64,000 nucleotides of DNA from Calditrichia bacterium (GTDB lineage: Bacteria > Calditrichota > Calditrichia > JAJRVZ01): positions 96,001 to 160,000 of the forward strand of contig CAVZSQ010000003.1 in the NCBI GenBank assembly GCA_963777955.1, written 5' to 3'. Below are positions 21,566-31,989 of the stretch, piece after piece. The translations under genes and the position numbers were made by a program. The notes beneath the pieces were generated by a model, which saw only the letters and a list, made by a program, of their open reading frames with translations, made no database searches and was not told the DNA's origin. Each line of letters begins with the position of its first letter. The stretch's first letter is position 1.

Positions 21566-23204
21566 ATGGATATGCATGGAATTATAGCTGATATTGGTAT
21601 GGCACTCCTGGCCGCAGCGGTAATGGGATTTATTTTTCATTTACTGCGGCAACCCTTAATCCTGAGTTACATTGCAGCCGGCGCTATTATTGGTCCGGCC
21701 ATCGGTTTAAAACTGGTTTATGAACCGGACAATATCAAGGTAATCTCTGAATTAGGATTAATCCTGCTGCTGTTTATTATTGGTCTCGAACTGAATCCGA
21801 ACAAACTCCGTTCGGCAGGTAGAGATTTAATCTATACCGGAGCGGGACAATTCCTCTTATGTCTGGCAGCAGGTTTTGGATTCTTCCTGCTGCTGGGAAA
21901 CCGGTACACCCCTATTGATTCTCTGTATCTGGCTATATTCTGTGCCCTGAGCAGCACGGCCATTGTGGTCAAAATTCTATATGATAAATTTGAATTAGAC
22001 ACACTGCCCGGCCGTTTAACCCTGGGCATTTTGATCTTTCAGGATGTCTGGGCTATCATAATCCTGGCCATCCAACCGAATTTCATGAATCCAAAATTGT
22101 ATTTGATCGGACTGGCCTTAGGGAAAAGCGTCCTGTTGTTATTGATCGGATTTATTTTGAGCAAGTATTTATTGAAATGGATCATGCAAAAGATATCCAA
22201 AACACCGGAAATGGTGGTAGCGTTTGCCATTGCCTGGTGTGCCATGATGTCCGGATTGAGTTCATACATTGGTTTATCAAGAGAGATGGGCGCCCTGATC
22301 GCCGGAGCAGCAATATCCTCCTTTCCATTCGGTGTGCACATTATCGCTAAGGTTTTACCCTTGCGTGACTTTTTCTTGACGCTCTTTTTCCTTTCGATCG
22401 GGATGAGAATTCCTGTACCGGATTTTACCCTACTCTGGACCGCTTTAATCATAGTTGTTTTTGTTATACTTTCGCGATTTATCACTATCTATCCGATTCT
22501 ATCCTGGGCAGGCAGAGGACCACGGACATGTTTTGTGGTCAGTTTAAATTTAGCACAAATCAGCGAATTTTCATTGGTTATTGCCGCTCTGGCAGTGGAC
22601 TATGGACATATCGGTCCGGATATTTTATCACTGATTACCTACGCTATGGCCCTGACCGCGGTACTGTCTTCATATTCTATAAAAAGTAATCATCAACTAT
22701 TTTTACTCTTCGATAAATTATTGGCACTCTTCGGTCGCCGCTCATTGTCCGCTGAGCAGCAGGAGGAAAAAGAGGAAGACTATTTTCCGATCGTTTTACT
22801 GGGTTGCCATCGTGCCGGCCTGGAGTTTATCCAAAAGGTTGCTGACTCTTATCCCGAACTCCGTAAGATGATCCTGGTTATAGATTTTAATCTTGAGATT
22901 TTAAAATATATCAGTGCAAAAGGTTTTCGAGGCCTGTTTGGCGATATCAGCAGCATGGATACTCTTGCACGTGCCCATGTTGATAAATCAGCAATAATTC
23001 TTTCCAGCATACCGGACATGTTGCTCCGCGGGACCACAAATGAATCAATATTACTGACTTGCCGGACACTGGCTCCCGAGGCCACAATCGTGGTTACAGA
23101 CTGAATCAAGTCAACAGGTCGAGATCTTAAAGAATCTTGGTGCAGCTAAAGTTCTTTACCCTTATGAATTGATGAGTAATCAGTTGATCGAATTTTTAAC
23201 CTGA
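21566..23204 (+). CDS. CPA2 cation:proton antiporter (Kef-type) with C-terminal TrkA-N domain; frameshift near 23098
   Basis: LLFIIGLEL, LSSTAIVVK, LIFQD, LRDFF, LAQISEFSL; the frame continues ESSQQVEILKNLGAAKVLYPY to TGA 23204. Confidence 0.85.
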
Positions 23205-23382
23205 GATTGATGGTGCTAATGGTACTATATATTCAGGTTTGAATTCTTTCCGCAGTTCAAAAAAATTCAGGCTCGTGAAATAAATCAGGTATCTGCCCGA
23301 ATATGTTATTAAATTTATTCTAAGTATTTATAATCTTCAGTCATCATGCGGCAAGTAACATTCTGATTAAAGGAGTGTGTAT

Positions 23383-24345
23383 ATGATTAAAGAAATATCG
23401 CTGCACGAACTTAGCATGGAATCCTTTATCATTGAACAGGTTGATAAAATTAAAAAGGCGGTCGGAACGGGAATCGCCATTAATGCTTTATCAGGGGGCG
23501 TTGATTCATCGACGGTTACCATGCTGGGACATCGCGCGCTGGGGAAAAGTCTGAAGACAGTATTCATTAACAACGGTTTAATGCGCGCAGGCGAGCCAGA
23601 GCAGGTGGCCGGTTTCTTTAAGAAACTGGGAGTGGAAGTCGAGATCATCCCGGCCGAGAAGGAGTTCTTCGCTGCGTTGAAAGGAATTAAGGATCCCGAG
23701 GAAAAACGGGAAGCCATTACGCAGACTTTTTACAGGAAAATATTCGGAAACATCGTTAAAAAAAGCGGAGCAAAGTTTTTATTGCAGGGTACTATTTTAA
23801 CCGATGTGGATGAAACGGTCGCCGGGATCAAACGTCAGCATAATGTGTTCGAACAACTTGGCATCGATCCGCAGAAAACGTTTGGTTACCGTATTATTGA
23901 ACCTTTGATCCAATTGCGCAAGGACGGGGTCAGAAAAGTAGGTAAGGCACTGGGACTCCCGGCAGAACTTTTCGAGCGTATTCCCTTCCCCGGTCCGGCA
24001 CTCTCCGCCCGGGTAATCGGCGAAGTCACTCCGGAAAAAATCGAAACAGTACGCCGGGCCACGGTGGTGGTCGAACGGGTATTGAAAGGGAGTGGTGCAT
24101 TTCAGTACCTGGCGATCCTTCATGAAGATCGGGTGACAGGCATGCGTGAGGGAAAACGTGATTTTGGCCAGCAGATTGAAATCCGCTGCTGGGAAAGTAT
24201 TGACGCCCGTTCAGCCACTCCGACCCGACTGACCTTCGTTACCCTGGAGCAGTTAGCCCGTGAAATTATTAATGAAGTGCCCGGTGTGGTCAGTGTCACT
24301 TACAATATTGCGTCAAAACCCCCGTCAACTATTGAAGCCGTTTAA
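23383..24345 (+). CDS. Stand-alone GMP synthase ATP-pyrophosphatase subunit (GuaA subunit B-like, no glutaminase domain)
   Basis: ALSGGVDSS PP-loop near the N-terminus, DPEEKR, LLQGT, PFPGP, SKPPSTIE. Confidence 0.85.
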   Translation: MIKEISLHELSMESFIIEQVDKIKKAVGTGIAINALSGGVDSSTVTMLGHRALGKSLKTVFINNGLMRAGEPEQVAGFFKKLGVEVEIIPAEKEFFAALKGIKDPEEKREAITQTFYRKIFGNIVKKSGAKFLLQGTILTDVDETVAGIKRQHNVFEQLGIDPQKTFGYRIIEPLIQLRKDGVRKVGKALGLPAELFERIPFPGPALSARVIGEVTPEKIETVRRATVVVERVLKGSGAFQYLAILHEDRVTGMREGKRDFGQQIEIRCWESIDARSATPTRLTFVTLEQLAREIINEVPGVVSVTYNIASKPPSTIEAV

Positions 24346-24430
24346 AACTGTCCGCTAGTAAAAGGATATATATAAATGAAAGATTATTTATCAATGTAGC
24401 AATTTGTCAGGGTAAAAAATTAAAGGAGGA

Positions 24431-25030
24431 ATGAACATGAACATCAGCCTGCCAGATCTACCTTTCCCCAGCTCAGCTCTGGAACCATATATAAGTGAAA
24501 AAACTCTGCAATTCCATCATGGTAAGCATCATAAAACTTATGTGGAGAACACCTTAAAATTAATAGCAGGAACAGAATTGCAGAATGCGACGCTGGAAGA
24601 AATCATCAAAAAAACTGTGAAAGATGACAAAAAAATATCAATATTTAATAATGCAGCGCAGGTCTGGAACCATTCATTTTACTGGACTTGTCTGAAACCG
24701 GGCGGTGGCGGAAAACCAGCGGGTAAGATTGCAGAATTAATTCAGGGTAATTTTGGAGATTATGATAAATTTGCTGAACAGTTTAAAAATGCCGGTCTGA
24801 CCCAATTCGGCAGCGGCTGGGCCTGGCTGGTTCTGCATAATAAAAAATTAGAAATTCATAAAACCGCTAATGCAGGTACCCCGCTCACTTTTGGCTGTAA
24901 GCCTTTATTGACTATGGATGTCTGGGAGCATGCCTATTATCTGGACTATCAAAACCGCAGGGCTGATTATATAACTGCTTATATAGAACATCTGATTAAT
25001 TGGGATTTTGTAAATTCGCAGATTCGCTAA
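24431..25030 (+). CDS. sodB: Superoxide dismutase [Fe]
   Basis: HHGKHH, NNAAQVWNHSFYW, FGSGWAW, DVWEHAYY. Confidence 0.93.
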   Translation: MNMNISLPDLPFPSSALEPYISEKTLQFHHGKHHKTYVENTLKLIAGTELQNATLEEIIKKTVKDDKKISIFNNAAQVWNHSFYWTCLKPGGGGKPAGKIAELIQGNFGDYDKFAEQFKNAGLTQFGSGWAWLVLHNKKLEIHKTANAGTPLTFGCKPLLTMDVWEHAYYLDYQNRRADYITAYIEHLINWDFVNSQIR

Positions 25031-25066
25031 AAAGTATCCAGTCTGTGCAGGAATAAATACAGCTGA

Positions 25067-25088
25067 ATCCGCCCGGGTTCAGGCGGAT
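25067..25088. terminator. Hairpin downstream of sodB
   Basis: ATCCGCC-N8-GGCGGAT; a second inverted repeat ATACAGATT/AATCTGTAT lies at about 25110-25132. Confidence 0.4.
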
Positions 25089-25184
25089 CTTATGGGATTG
25101 AACAAGTAGATACAGATTTTTTTAATCTGTATTATTTATTCTTGGCAAAGTCAGCTTTGTCGGTATCCGCGATCTTAATCGGAT

Positions 25185-25313
25185 TCATCGATGCAGATAG
25201 TCTTGGCAGTCTGTACTTGGCAATCCCAGGGTAGATTTTATATTATCGAATGTCGAGAGTACAATCGAAAGCAAAAAGACGCTTAGAAAGAATAGACCTA
25301 GCACCTTTTTCAT
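25185..25313 (-). CDS. Small ORF (about 42 aa) with signal-peptide-like N-terminus
   Basis: GAGG RBS; MKKVLGLFFLSVFLLSIVLSTFDNIKSTLGLPSTDCQDYLHR*; C-terminus may be affected by an indel. Confidence 0.45.
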   Translation of the reverse strand: MKKVLGLFFLSVFLLSIVLSTFDNIKSTLGLPSTDCQDYLHR

Positions 25314-25325
25314 ATTTTACCTCTT

Positions 25326-25490
25326 TCAATCTTTCGGCTTGGGAACTGGTGGGGGCGGAATCGGCGGCGTAGATGCGAATTGCGGCGTATTCTCATATTT
25401 GCTGACACTGATTTCAAAATTATTTGATAAAAGCGATAAAAACAGAACTACTAAAAACAAGGCTGTTGCGGCAATCCACCACTTTTTCAT
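25326..25490 (-). CDS. Small (54 aa) secreted or anchored peptide with Pro-rich tail
   Basis: GGAG RBS; MKKWWIAATALFLVVLFLSLLSNNFEISVSKYENTPQFASTPPIPPPPVPKPKD*. Confidence 0.6.
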   Translation of the reverse strand: MKKWWIAATALFLVVLFLSLLSNNFEISVSKYENTPQFASTPPIPPPPVPKPKD

Positions 25491-25782
25491 GATAGTCTCC
25501 TTTGCAAATGCGGTGATTAATATATTGAGTAAGTTAATTAATTGCTGTAGAATCAAATACTATAAAATTCCTTTCTGATACTTAAGAAATTTTATCAGTA
25601 ATTACTCCACCAGACACAAAATATAGAATTGTAAGAATCAGGATATGAGGTATGATGATTAATTTTATAAGAAATTGCTGTTTTAACACATCAGCAATTG
25701 ATCATCATGCCTTTCAGTGTATATCCCCAAACCTTTCCAATAATATATCATTAATATTTACAAAATCAAGTATTTTTTAATG

Positions 25783-26895
25783 TTATCCGGATGAATTGAT
25801 CTTCTCCAGTATACCTGCTTTTATCCGGTCCAGACGCAGGTTTTTTTTGGCTGAGACCAACAGCGCATCAGGATATAGCGCTTTAACTTTAGGTAATATA
25901 TTATTATTACTTATCTTATCCACTTTATTCATGATTAATATTACCGGTTTCTCGTCGATTTTTAATTCACCTAAAATTTCGTTCACGACGCTGATATGTT
26001 CATAGAAATTTTCATTACTGACATCTACCACATGCAGCAGTATGTCGGCCTCAATTGTCTGAGCCAGTGTTGTCTTGAAGGATGCAATCAGGGTCGGTGG
26101 CAATTTGCGTATAAAACCGACAGTATCAGACAGTAAAACAATTTTGCCAGAATCCAGATTCAATCTTCTGACGGTGGTATCCAGTGTGGCAAACAATTTA
26201 TCTTCGACCAGGGTATCTGCTCTGGTTAAGGCATTCATCAGGGTTGATTTGCCGGCATTGGTATAACCGATGATGGCCACATTGATATTCGTTTTTGCTT
26301 TCTTTCTCTGTGTACGATCCTGTTCATCGATTTTATCCAATTCATCTTTCAGGTTAGCCAGACGCCGCCGGATCAAGCGACGGTCGGTTTCCAACTGGGT
26401 TTCACCCGGACCTTTAGTGCCGATTCCCCCCACCTGCCTGGAAAGGTGGGACCACTGACCGGTCAGCCGGGATAAATAATAACTCAACTGCGCCATCTCG
26501 ACCTGTAATTTCGCTTCACGGGTTCTGGCATGGGCAGCAAAAATATCCAGGATTAAAGCGGTCCGGTCGATGACCTTTGCTTCAATCAATTGCTCCAGAT
26601 TTTTAATCTGGGTGGATGATAATTCGTTATCAAAGATGATCAAATCGATTTTTTGATCGATGACCCGTTCGGCAATCTCGGCGGCCTTCCCCCGGCCGAT
26701 ATAAAAAGCCGGATCCAGTTGCGGCCGGTGTTGTACGATCCGGTCTACCACTGCAGCTCCGGCGGTTTCGGCCAAGGCGGCTAATTCATTCAGATAAATT
26801 TCGACCTGCCACGGTTTTTCAGCTACCGTTACCACCCCGATCAGTATGCATCTTTCGGCTTGAGGGGCGGTAACATAAAATTGAGGTTTGGGCAT
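25783..26895 (-). CDS. hflX: GTPase HflX
   Basis: GPGETQLETDRR, GYTNAGKST, LFATLD, DTVGFI, NKVD. Confidence 0.96.
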   Translation of the reverse strand: MPKPQFYVTAPQAERCILIGVVTVAEKPWQVEIYLNELAALAETAGAAVVDRIVQHRPQLDPAFYIGRGKAAEIAERVIDQKIDLIIFDNELSSTQIKNLEQLIEAKVIDRTALILDIFAAHARTREAKLQVEMAQLSYYLSRLTGQWSHLSRQVGGIGTKGPGETQLETDRRLIRRRLANLKDELDKIDEQDRTQRKKAKTNINVAIIGYTNAGKSTLMNALTRADTLVEDKLFATLDTTVRRLNLDSGKIVLLSDTVGFIRKLPPTLIASFKTTLAQTIEADILLHVVDVSNENFYEHISVVNEILGELKIDEKPVILIMNKVDKISNNNILPKVKALYPDALLVSAKKNLRLDRIKAGILEKINSSG

Positions 26896-26931
26896 GTTAT
26901 TTTATTAATCCCTGTAAAATTAAGCGGCTGA

Positions 26932-28977
26932 TTAAAAAATTTTAGTTCCTTCGATAGATTTAATCAGAGCAATTTCTATGCACAATGTTATAATAACCAA
27001 AAAAATCAATACATTAAATAACTCAATTCCGGAACGATTTTCCCTGACAATTTCAGCCAGATCGTCATCTTCACGGATTAACCGGCCAGCGGGTAAACTT
27101 TTGACCAGATCCTGCAGTTCAGGATAAGGGGGCAGCAGGCAAAGAGTGCCGGCATTGACTGAAATCGTCGACAATTCGTTCGCGTCGGTATACAATTTAT
27201 AATTTCCGGGAACCTGTATTGTGTACGGATCCAGTACAATTCCACTGCTGTTCAAATCGGTTATAATTTTTATTTTATCACTCTCAGCCGATTTTATGTA
27301 CAATTCTCTATAATTTTCGGGCAGTTCAAATTGAAAGGCCGCTGTCTGGCCGATGGTCAGGGATTGGTTGAGTTGATCGACGTTAGTAGCACCAAGCAAT
27401 AGTAGTCTCAACAATAAAGGCAAAAAAGTACCTTTATATTGGAAATCAGTCCAGGAATCATCGATATAACTGCAAATCAGAAAAACAGATCGCTGCTGGT
27501 CAGAGACATTCAGGATAAACGGATCTCCGGTATTAAAGGAGATCAGCACATCGTTCTCTGCTCCGGGAATTACTTTGAAGTATTTACTGAAAACAGGATT
27601 GGACAAGTCGGTGGTGACATTTCTAAAAATATCCGAAAAAATCGGCTGTTGCCAATCAGCGGATTTTAAACTATAGTAGTCGCCCGCTGCACTCGCTTCT
27701 TTACGTTCACTAAGGTAAAAATCCAGGTCGAGTTTAGCACAAATTTTATTGAATTCAGACAAATCGGTCCGGTCGCCCGGCAGGAGAATTAAACTGCCGC
27801 CCTGCTCCAGGAAAGTTTTCAGGCGGTTGATCAATACTGCCGGAACATTAACCAGATTACTCAAAAACAGAACCTGAAATTGTTCGAATCTCTTTCCGGC
27901 CCAGGATGTATACTGCTCGCGGGTAAACCGAATGCTGGTGTTCGTCTCGATTGAATTAAAAGCAGCATCGAGATACGGTGAATTAATCTCATCGACAAAA
28001 AGAACCCGGATAGAATCCGGCAAGGTCAGGGCAAAGTAATAGCGGTTATCACCAGCCAGATCATCATCACTCAGTTCTACATAGCCCTCCAGTTTAGGAT
28101 TAGTCTTTAGCTGGCAGGCCAGGGCAATATTTTTTTGCTCGAAGGCCTGCAGATTAAAATTTTGGAAAGCAATCCGCTGTTTATCAATAAAAAGATGCAA
28201 TTCGGCATTCTCATTCGGAATGGGGGATGAATTGTGCACGCTGACATCCAGGTTCAGGGTTTTGCCAGCTTCAAAAATTTTATTTTTAATCAGCAGCGTA
28301 TCAATGCTCACATTGTTAATGCTCTGGTTGTAGATATTTACCAGGTATATTTTTATGTCCTTTAATTCTTGCAGAAGCGGTTCAAGGACGGATTCATGGA
28401 ACTGGAAGTCGGATATGATAAAAAGATCACGATTATAATTTGGTTTAGCCTGAAAATATTCCCGGGCAGTTTCCAGAGAACGATGCCAGTCTGCGCCGCA
28501 ATAAGAAAATGGTAAAACCGCCAGCTGGCTGGAGTCAGTTAATATTTTTTCAGGCTGCTGTGCCGGGAAAATTAATACATTATCGTTTTCATTAAACTGG
28601 CTGCGGATCAGCGCAATTTTATCCTTAGCCCGTTTGAACCTGCTGCCGGCTTTATCGTAGGCTTGCATGTTTATGCCGTTATCAAGAATTATCACCGCCG
28701 TCCGGCCGGCGGCTGATCCGGCCAGGGTGGATTTAGATGTTAAGGCGGGCCGGGCGAAGGATAAGACCAGAAACAGGATAATCAGGCTGCGCAGCAAAAT
28801 CAAGAGGATCTGATAAATCTTTATTTTTTTAATCCGTTTTTCCTCGATTGTTTTTAAAAAGCGCAGGGTGCTGAATTTGATTTTGATCAGATTCTGCCGG
28901 TTGATCAGGTGAATCAGCAACGGAATGGCTACTGCTAGCAGCGTGATTAAAATTCCACCGTTTAAGAATGACAACAT
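26932..28977 (-). CDS. BatA N-terminal/VWA-like domain membrane protein
   Basis: IPLLIHL...FSTLRFL...LSFARP; DDLAGDNRYY; C-terminal TM. Confidence 0.85.
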   Translation of the reverse strand: MLSFLNGGILITLLAVAIPLLIHLINRQNLIKIKFSTLRFLKTIEEKRIKKIKIYQILLILLRSLIILFLVLSFARPALTSKSTLAGSAAGRTAVIILDNGINMQAYDKAGSRFKRAKDKIALIRSQFNENDNVLIFPAQQPEKILTDSSQLAVLPFSYCGADWHRSLETAREYFQAKPNYNRDLFIISDFQFHESVLEPLLQELKDIKIYLVNIYNQSINNVSIDTLLIKNKIFEAGKTLNLDVSVHNSSPIPNENAELHLFIDKQRIAFQNFNLQAFEQKNIALACQLKTNPKLEGYVELSDDDLAGDNRYYFALTLPDSIRVLFVDEINSPYLDAAFNSIETNTSIRFTREQYTSWAGKRFEQFQVLFLSNLVNVPAVLINRLKTFLEQGGSLILLPGDRTDLSEFNKICAKLDLDFYLSERKEASAAGDYYSLKSADWQQPIFSDIFRNVTTDLSNPVFSKYFKVIPGAENDVLISFNTGDPFILNVSDQQRSVFLICSYIDDSWTDFQYKGTFLPLLLRLLLLGATNVDQLNQSLTIGQTAAFQFELPENYRELYIKSAESDKIKIITDLNSSGIVLDPYTIQVPGNYKLYTDANELSTISVNAGTLCLLPPYPELQDLVKSLPAGRLIREDDDLAEIVRENRSGIELFNVLIFLVIITLCIEIALIKSIEGTKIF

Positions 28978-29226
28978 ATTCAGAAGATTAGCCCCGGGTA
29001 TTTAATTATATTAATATAATAACGATTTCGAACAGAGTATTCCAATAAATCTTGCCGGAATATTCGGGATTTCCCGAAGGTCTGCATTGATGTAATTTAA
29101 ACTTGTTTAAATATTGAGAAGCTCTTATTTTGATATTAATGGCTGTATTTCAGGGGACAAAAACGAAGGTGAACATCGTATTTTGCAGCCGTACGGATTT
29201 TCATAATTTTTTTCACAGCAGGCAAG

Positions 29227-29892
29227 ATGATACAATTCTTTAATGTCACCCTCAGCATCAACAATAGACTGATTCTGAAGCATTTAACCTTTCAGATCGG
29301 CAAAGGGGAATTTGTCTATTTAATCGGTCCCAGCGGCGCTGGTAAATCGACGATTCTGCGCCTGATTCATTTCAGCACTCTGCCGGATTCGGGGACGGTC
29401 CTGGTCAATCAATTCAGTTCGGCGAAAATAAAGCGCAGGAAAATACCCTTCCTGCGGCGGGGGATAGGTTTTATCTTTCAGGATTTTAAACTATTGCCGG
29501 ACCGGAATGTATTTGATAATGTGGCTTTTACCCTGCGGGTTATCAACACACCGGCCGCAGAGATCAGTAAAAAGGTGTTACGGGTTATAACTGAAATGGG
29601 GCTGGGCCATAAACGTAATGCTTATCCCATGGAATTATCGGGGGGTGAGCAGCAAAAAGTCGCGATTGCCCGTGCGATAGTTAATGAACCGTTTGTTTTG
29701 CTGGCCGATGAACCGACCGGCAACCTGGATCCAAAATCCGCGGCGGAGATTTTGAAAATTTTAGAGACAATTAACGTCCGTGGCACCGCGGTATTAATGG
29801 CCACGCACAATTATGCTCTGATCAAAGAGTTTGCTCATAGAACCCTTAGTATTGAAAATGGTGAACTGAAGAAGAATGAGCCTTTATTTTAG
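29227..29892 (+). CDS. ftsE: Cell division ATP-binding protein FtsE
   Basis: GPSGAGKST, IPFLRRGIGFIFQDFKLL, LSGGEQQ, ADEPTGNLD. Confidence 0.93.
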   Translation: MIQFFNVTLSINNRLILKHLTFQIGKGEFVYLIGPSGAGKSTILRLIHFSTLPDSGTVLVNQFSSAKIKRRKIPFLRRGIGFIFQDFKLLPDRNVFDNVAFTLRVINTPAAEISKKVLRVITEMGLGHKRNAYPMELSGGEQQKVAIARAIVNEPFVLLADEPTGNLDPKSAAEILKILETINVRGTAVLMATHNYALIKEFAHRTLSIENGELKKNEPLF

Positions 29893-30736
29893 TATCCGGG
29901 AAGGAATACGGGGATTCTCCAAGGCGCGCCTGGCTTCCCTGCTATCCCTGTCGTCTATCGCACTCACGATCTTTTTGCTGGGATTACTGCTGAGTTTCAA
30001 TTATAACCTTAATGCGATCATCAATAATATTCGCGCTAAAATTGACCTGGAGGTTTTTATTAATATTGCCGCCAGCGATAACGAAATACAGCAATTGCAG
30101 AATCAAATCAGCCGGGAAAAAGGGGTAGCCGGAATAAAATTCATAAGCCGTGACCAGGCTGCGGAGAGATACAGAGCGGAAACCGGGCAGGACATTTATC
30201 AGATTCTTGAGTATAATCCACTGCCGGCTTCATTTATTATTACCCCGATTGTGGAGTATCGCCAATCTGTGATGATTGAGGTGTTAAAAAAGCGCCTGGA
30301 AACTTTTACCCAGGTAGATGAAGTGATCTACCAAAAACCTTTCCTGGTGGCTCTTGAGCGGTATATTCAACTCGGCAATATAATCATGATCAGTCTCAGC
30401 CTGGTCATTATCATTATTGCCATAATCCTGATTCATAATACCATACGCCTGACCATCCATGCCCGCAGGAATATTATCGAAATCATGAGACTGGTAGGGG
30501 CAACAGAGCGGTTTGTACGCAGACCATTTCTCATCGAAGGTATAATCCAGGGTCTGCTGGGTTCACTGCTGGCAGCGGGTATCGTGTACTATCTGTTACG
30601 GGCGATAAAAATTTTCGTATATGCAAAATTACAATTCAATTCTGAGTTATTCCTGGGATTAATTATTTTTGGCACCCTGATCGGATTATTCAGTGCCTGG
30701 TTAAGTGTCAGGAAGTATTTAAAAGATACATACTGA
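29876..30736 (+). CDS. ftsX: Cell division permease FtsX
   Basis: NPLPAS, NTIRLTIHARR, IMRLVGAT, PFLIEG. Confidence 0.92.
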   Translation: MSLYFSIREGIRGFSKARLASLLSLSSIALTIFLLGLLLSFNYNLNAIINNIRAKIDLEVFINIAASDNEIQQLQNQISREKGVAGIKFISRDQAAERYRAETGQDIYQILEYNPLPASFIITPIVEYRQSVMIEVLKKRLETFTQVDEVIYQKPFLVALERYIQLGNIIMISLSLVIIIIAIILIHNTIRLTIHARRNIIEIMRLVGATERFVRRPFLIEGIIQGLLGSLLAAGIVYYLLRAIKIFVYAKLQFNSELFLGLIIFGTLIGLFSAWLSVRKYLKDTY

Positions 30737-30873
30737 ATCTGGTACTAAATTTGCATTATATTTATCAGATTCAGGTTTCAGGGAATATGCAGATCATAGA
30801 TAACATTATATTAATAATGAAATTGGATTAAATTCAATTGGTCAGGATATCTAATTTTAGAGCGTCTGCCATC

Positions 30874-30902
30874 TTGACTTACCAGGTATTAGGTGCTAAA
30901 TT
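30874..30902 (+). promoter_or_regulatory. Sigma70 promoter of the hrcA operon
   Basis: TTGACT-N17-TAAATT with extended TG. Confidence 0.6.
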
Positions 30903-30931
30903 TTGAGGTTATAGATTAGCGGATTGGTTTT

Positions 30932-31972
30932 ATGAGTTTAGAAATACTCACGGCACGTGAGCAGGAGATTCTGGAAACAGTTATCCAGCAATTTTTGCTG
31001 ACCGGGAATCCGGTGGGCTCGCGGACAATTTCAAAAAAACGCCAAGAGGAATTAAGTCCCGCTTCGATCCGTAACGTAATGGCAGATCTGGAGGAACGGG
31101 GCTACCTGAATCATCCCCATACTTCTGCCGGCCGCGTGCCTACCAGTAAAGGTTATCGCCATTACGTGGATAATCTGATGAAAATTGTCCGGCTATCCGA
31201 GAAAGAAAAAGAGATGATCCGGGATAATATCGGAAAACTTATGGGGGACGTGGATCTCATTTTAGAGAAAACTTCACAGGTCATGGCCCGCATTTCTAAT
31301 CAACTGGGTCTGATCCTGACTCCCAAATTTGATGACGGGATTCTGGAAAAATTAGATGTTATATCGGTCAGTTCGGATAAGGTTCTGGTTATTATCAGCA
31401 TCAAAGACGGAATGGTCAGAACCATCCTGCTGGAAGTGGAACACCATATACCGGCCGGGCTGATGGCCAGGACTATACAGTTGCTGAACGAACGGTTGTC
31501 CGGCCTCAGGATCAGAGAAATTAAAAGTTCGATCCATCAAAGGGTGAAAGATTTAATTAATGAAAAAACCGGGATCATCCGGTTGTTTATCGAGTCGGCC
31601 GATAAACTCTTTGATTATACACAGTATATGAATATTAAATATACCGGCACTATTAATATTCTGTCGAATCCTGAATTTGCCGACGTGGTAAAATTTTCGG
31701 CGCTGATAGAATTACTGGAGGAGAAAAATATCATTATTCATATGATGGAAAAACGTCATGAACCGCCGGGAATAAAAATTACCATCGGTGATGAGAATGA
31801 AGTAAAACCGATTCAGGAATGCAGCATCATTACCGCACCATATACCGTAGGGAATGTGGAAGGGATTGTCGGTGTTATCGGTCCAATGAGGATGGCTTAT
31901 AAACGCATCATTCCCCTGGTGGATTTTACTGCCAAACTCATTAGCCAGGTGTTTCGAGAAAACAGAGTATAA
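30932..31972 (+). CDS. hrcA: Heat-inducible transcription repressor HrcA
   Basis: PVGSRT, SPASIRNVMADLE, PHTSAGRVPT, GVIGPMRMAY. Confidence 0.96.
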   Translation: MSLEILTAREQEILETVIQQFLLTGNPVGSRTISKKRQEELSPASIRNVMADLEERGYLNHPHTSAGRVPTSKGYRHYVDNLMKIVRLSEKEKEMIRDNIGKLMGDVDLILEKTSQVMARISNQLGLILTPKFDDGILEKLDVISVSSDKVLVIISIKDGMVRTILLEVEHHIPAGLMARTIQLLNERLSGLRIREIKSSIHQRVKDLINEKTGIIRLFIESADKLFDYTQYMNIKYTGTINILSNPEFADVVKFSALIELLEEKNIIIHMMEKRHEPPGIKITIGDENEVKPIQECSIITAPYTVGNVEGIVGVIGPMRMAYKRIIPLVDFTAKLISQVFRENRV

Positions 31973-31989
31973 CGAGGAGATCTATTTTA

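Noticed and set aside
23102..23104. Selenocysteine or readthrough at TGA in the Kef antiporter (also TGA 43169)
   Set aside because: The downstream coding sequence is in a different frame, so this is an indel rather than recoding.
23205..23382. Purine riboswitch upstream of the GMP synthase-like gene
   Set aside because: No recognisable aptamer core or terminator.
30873..30899. CIRCE operator upstream of hrcA
   Set aside because: Only the right half (GGTGCTAA) matches; the left arm does not resemble TTAGCACTC. Half-sites near 4035 and 21547 are also unpaired.
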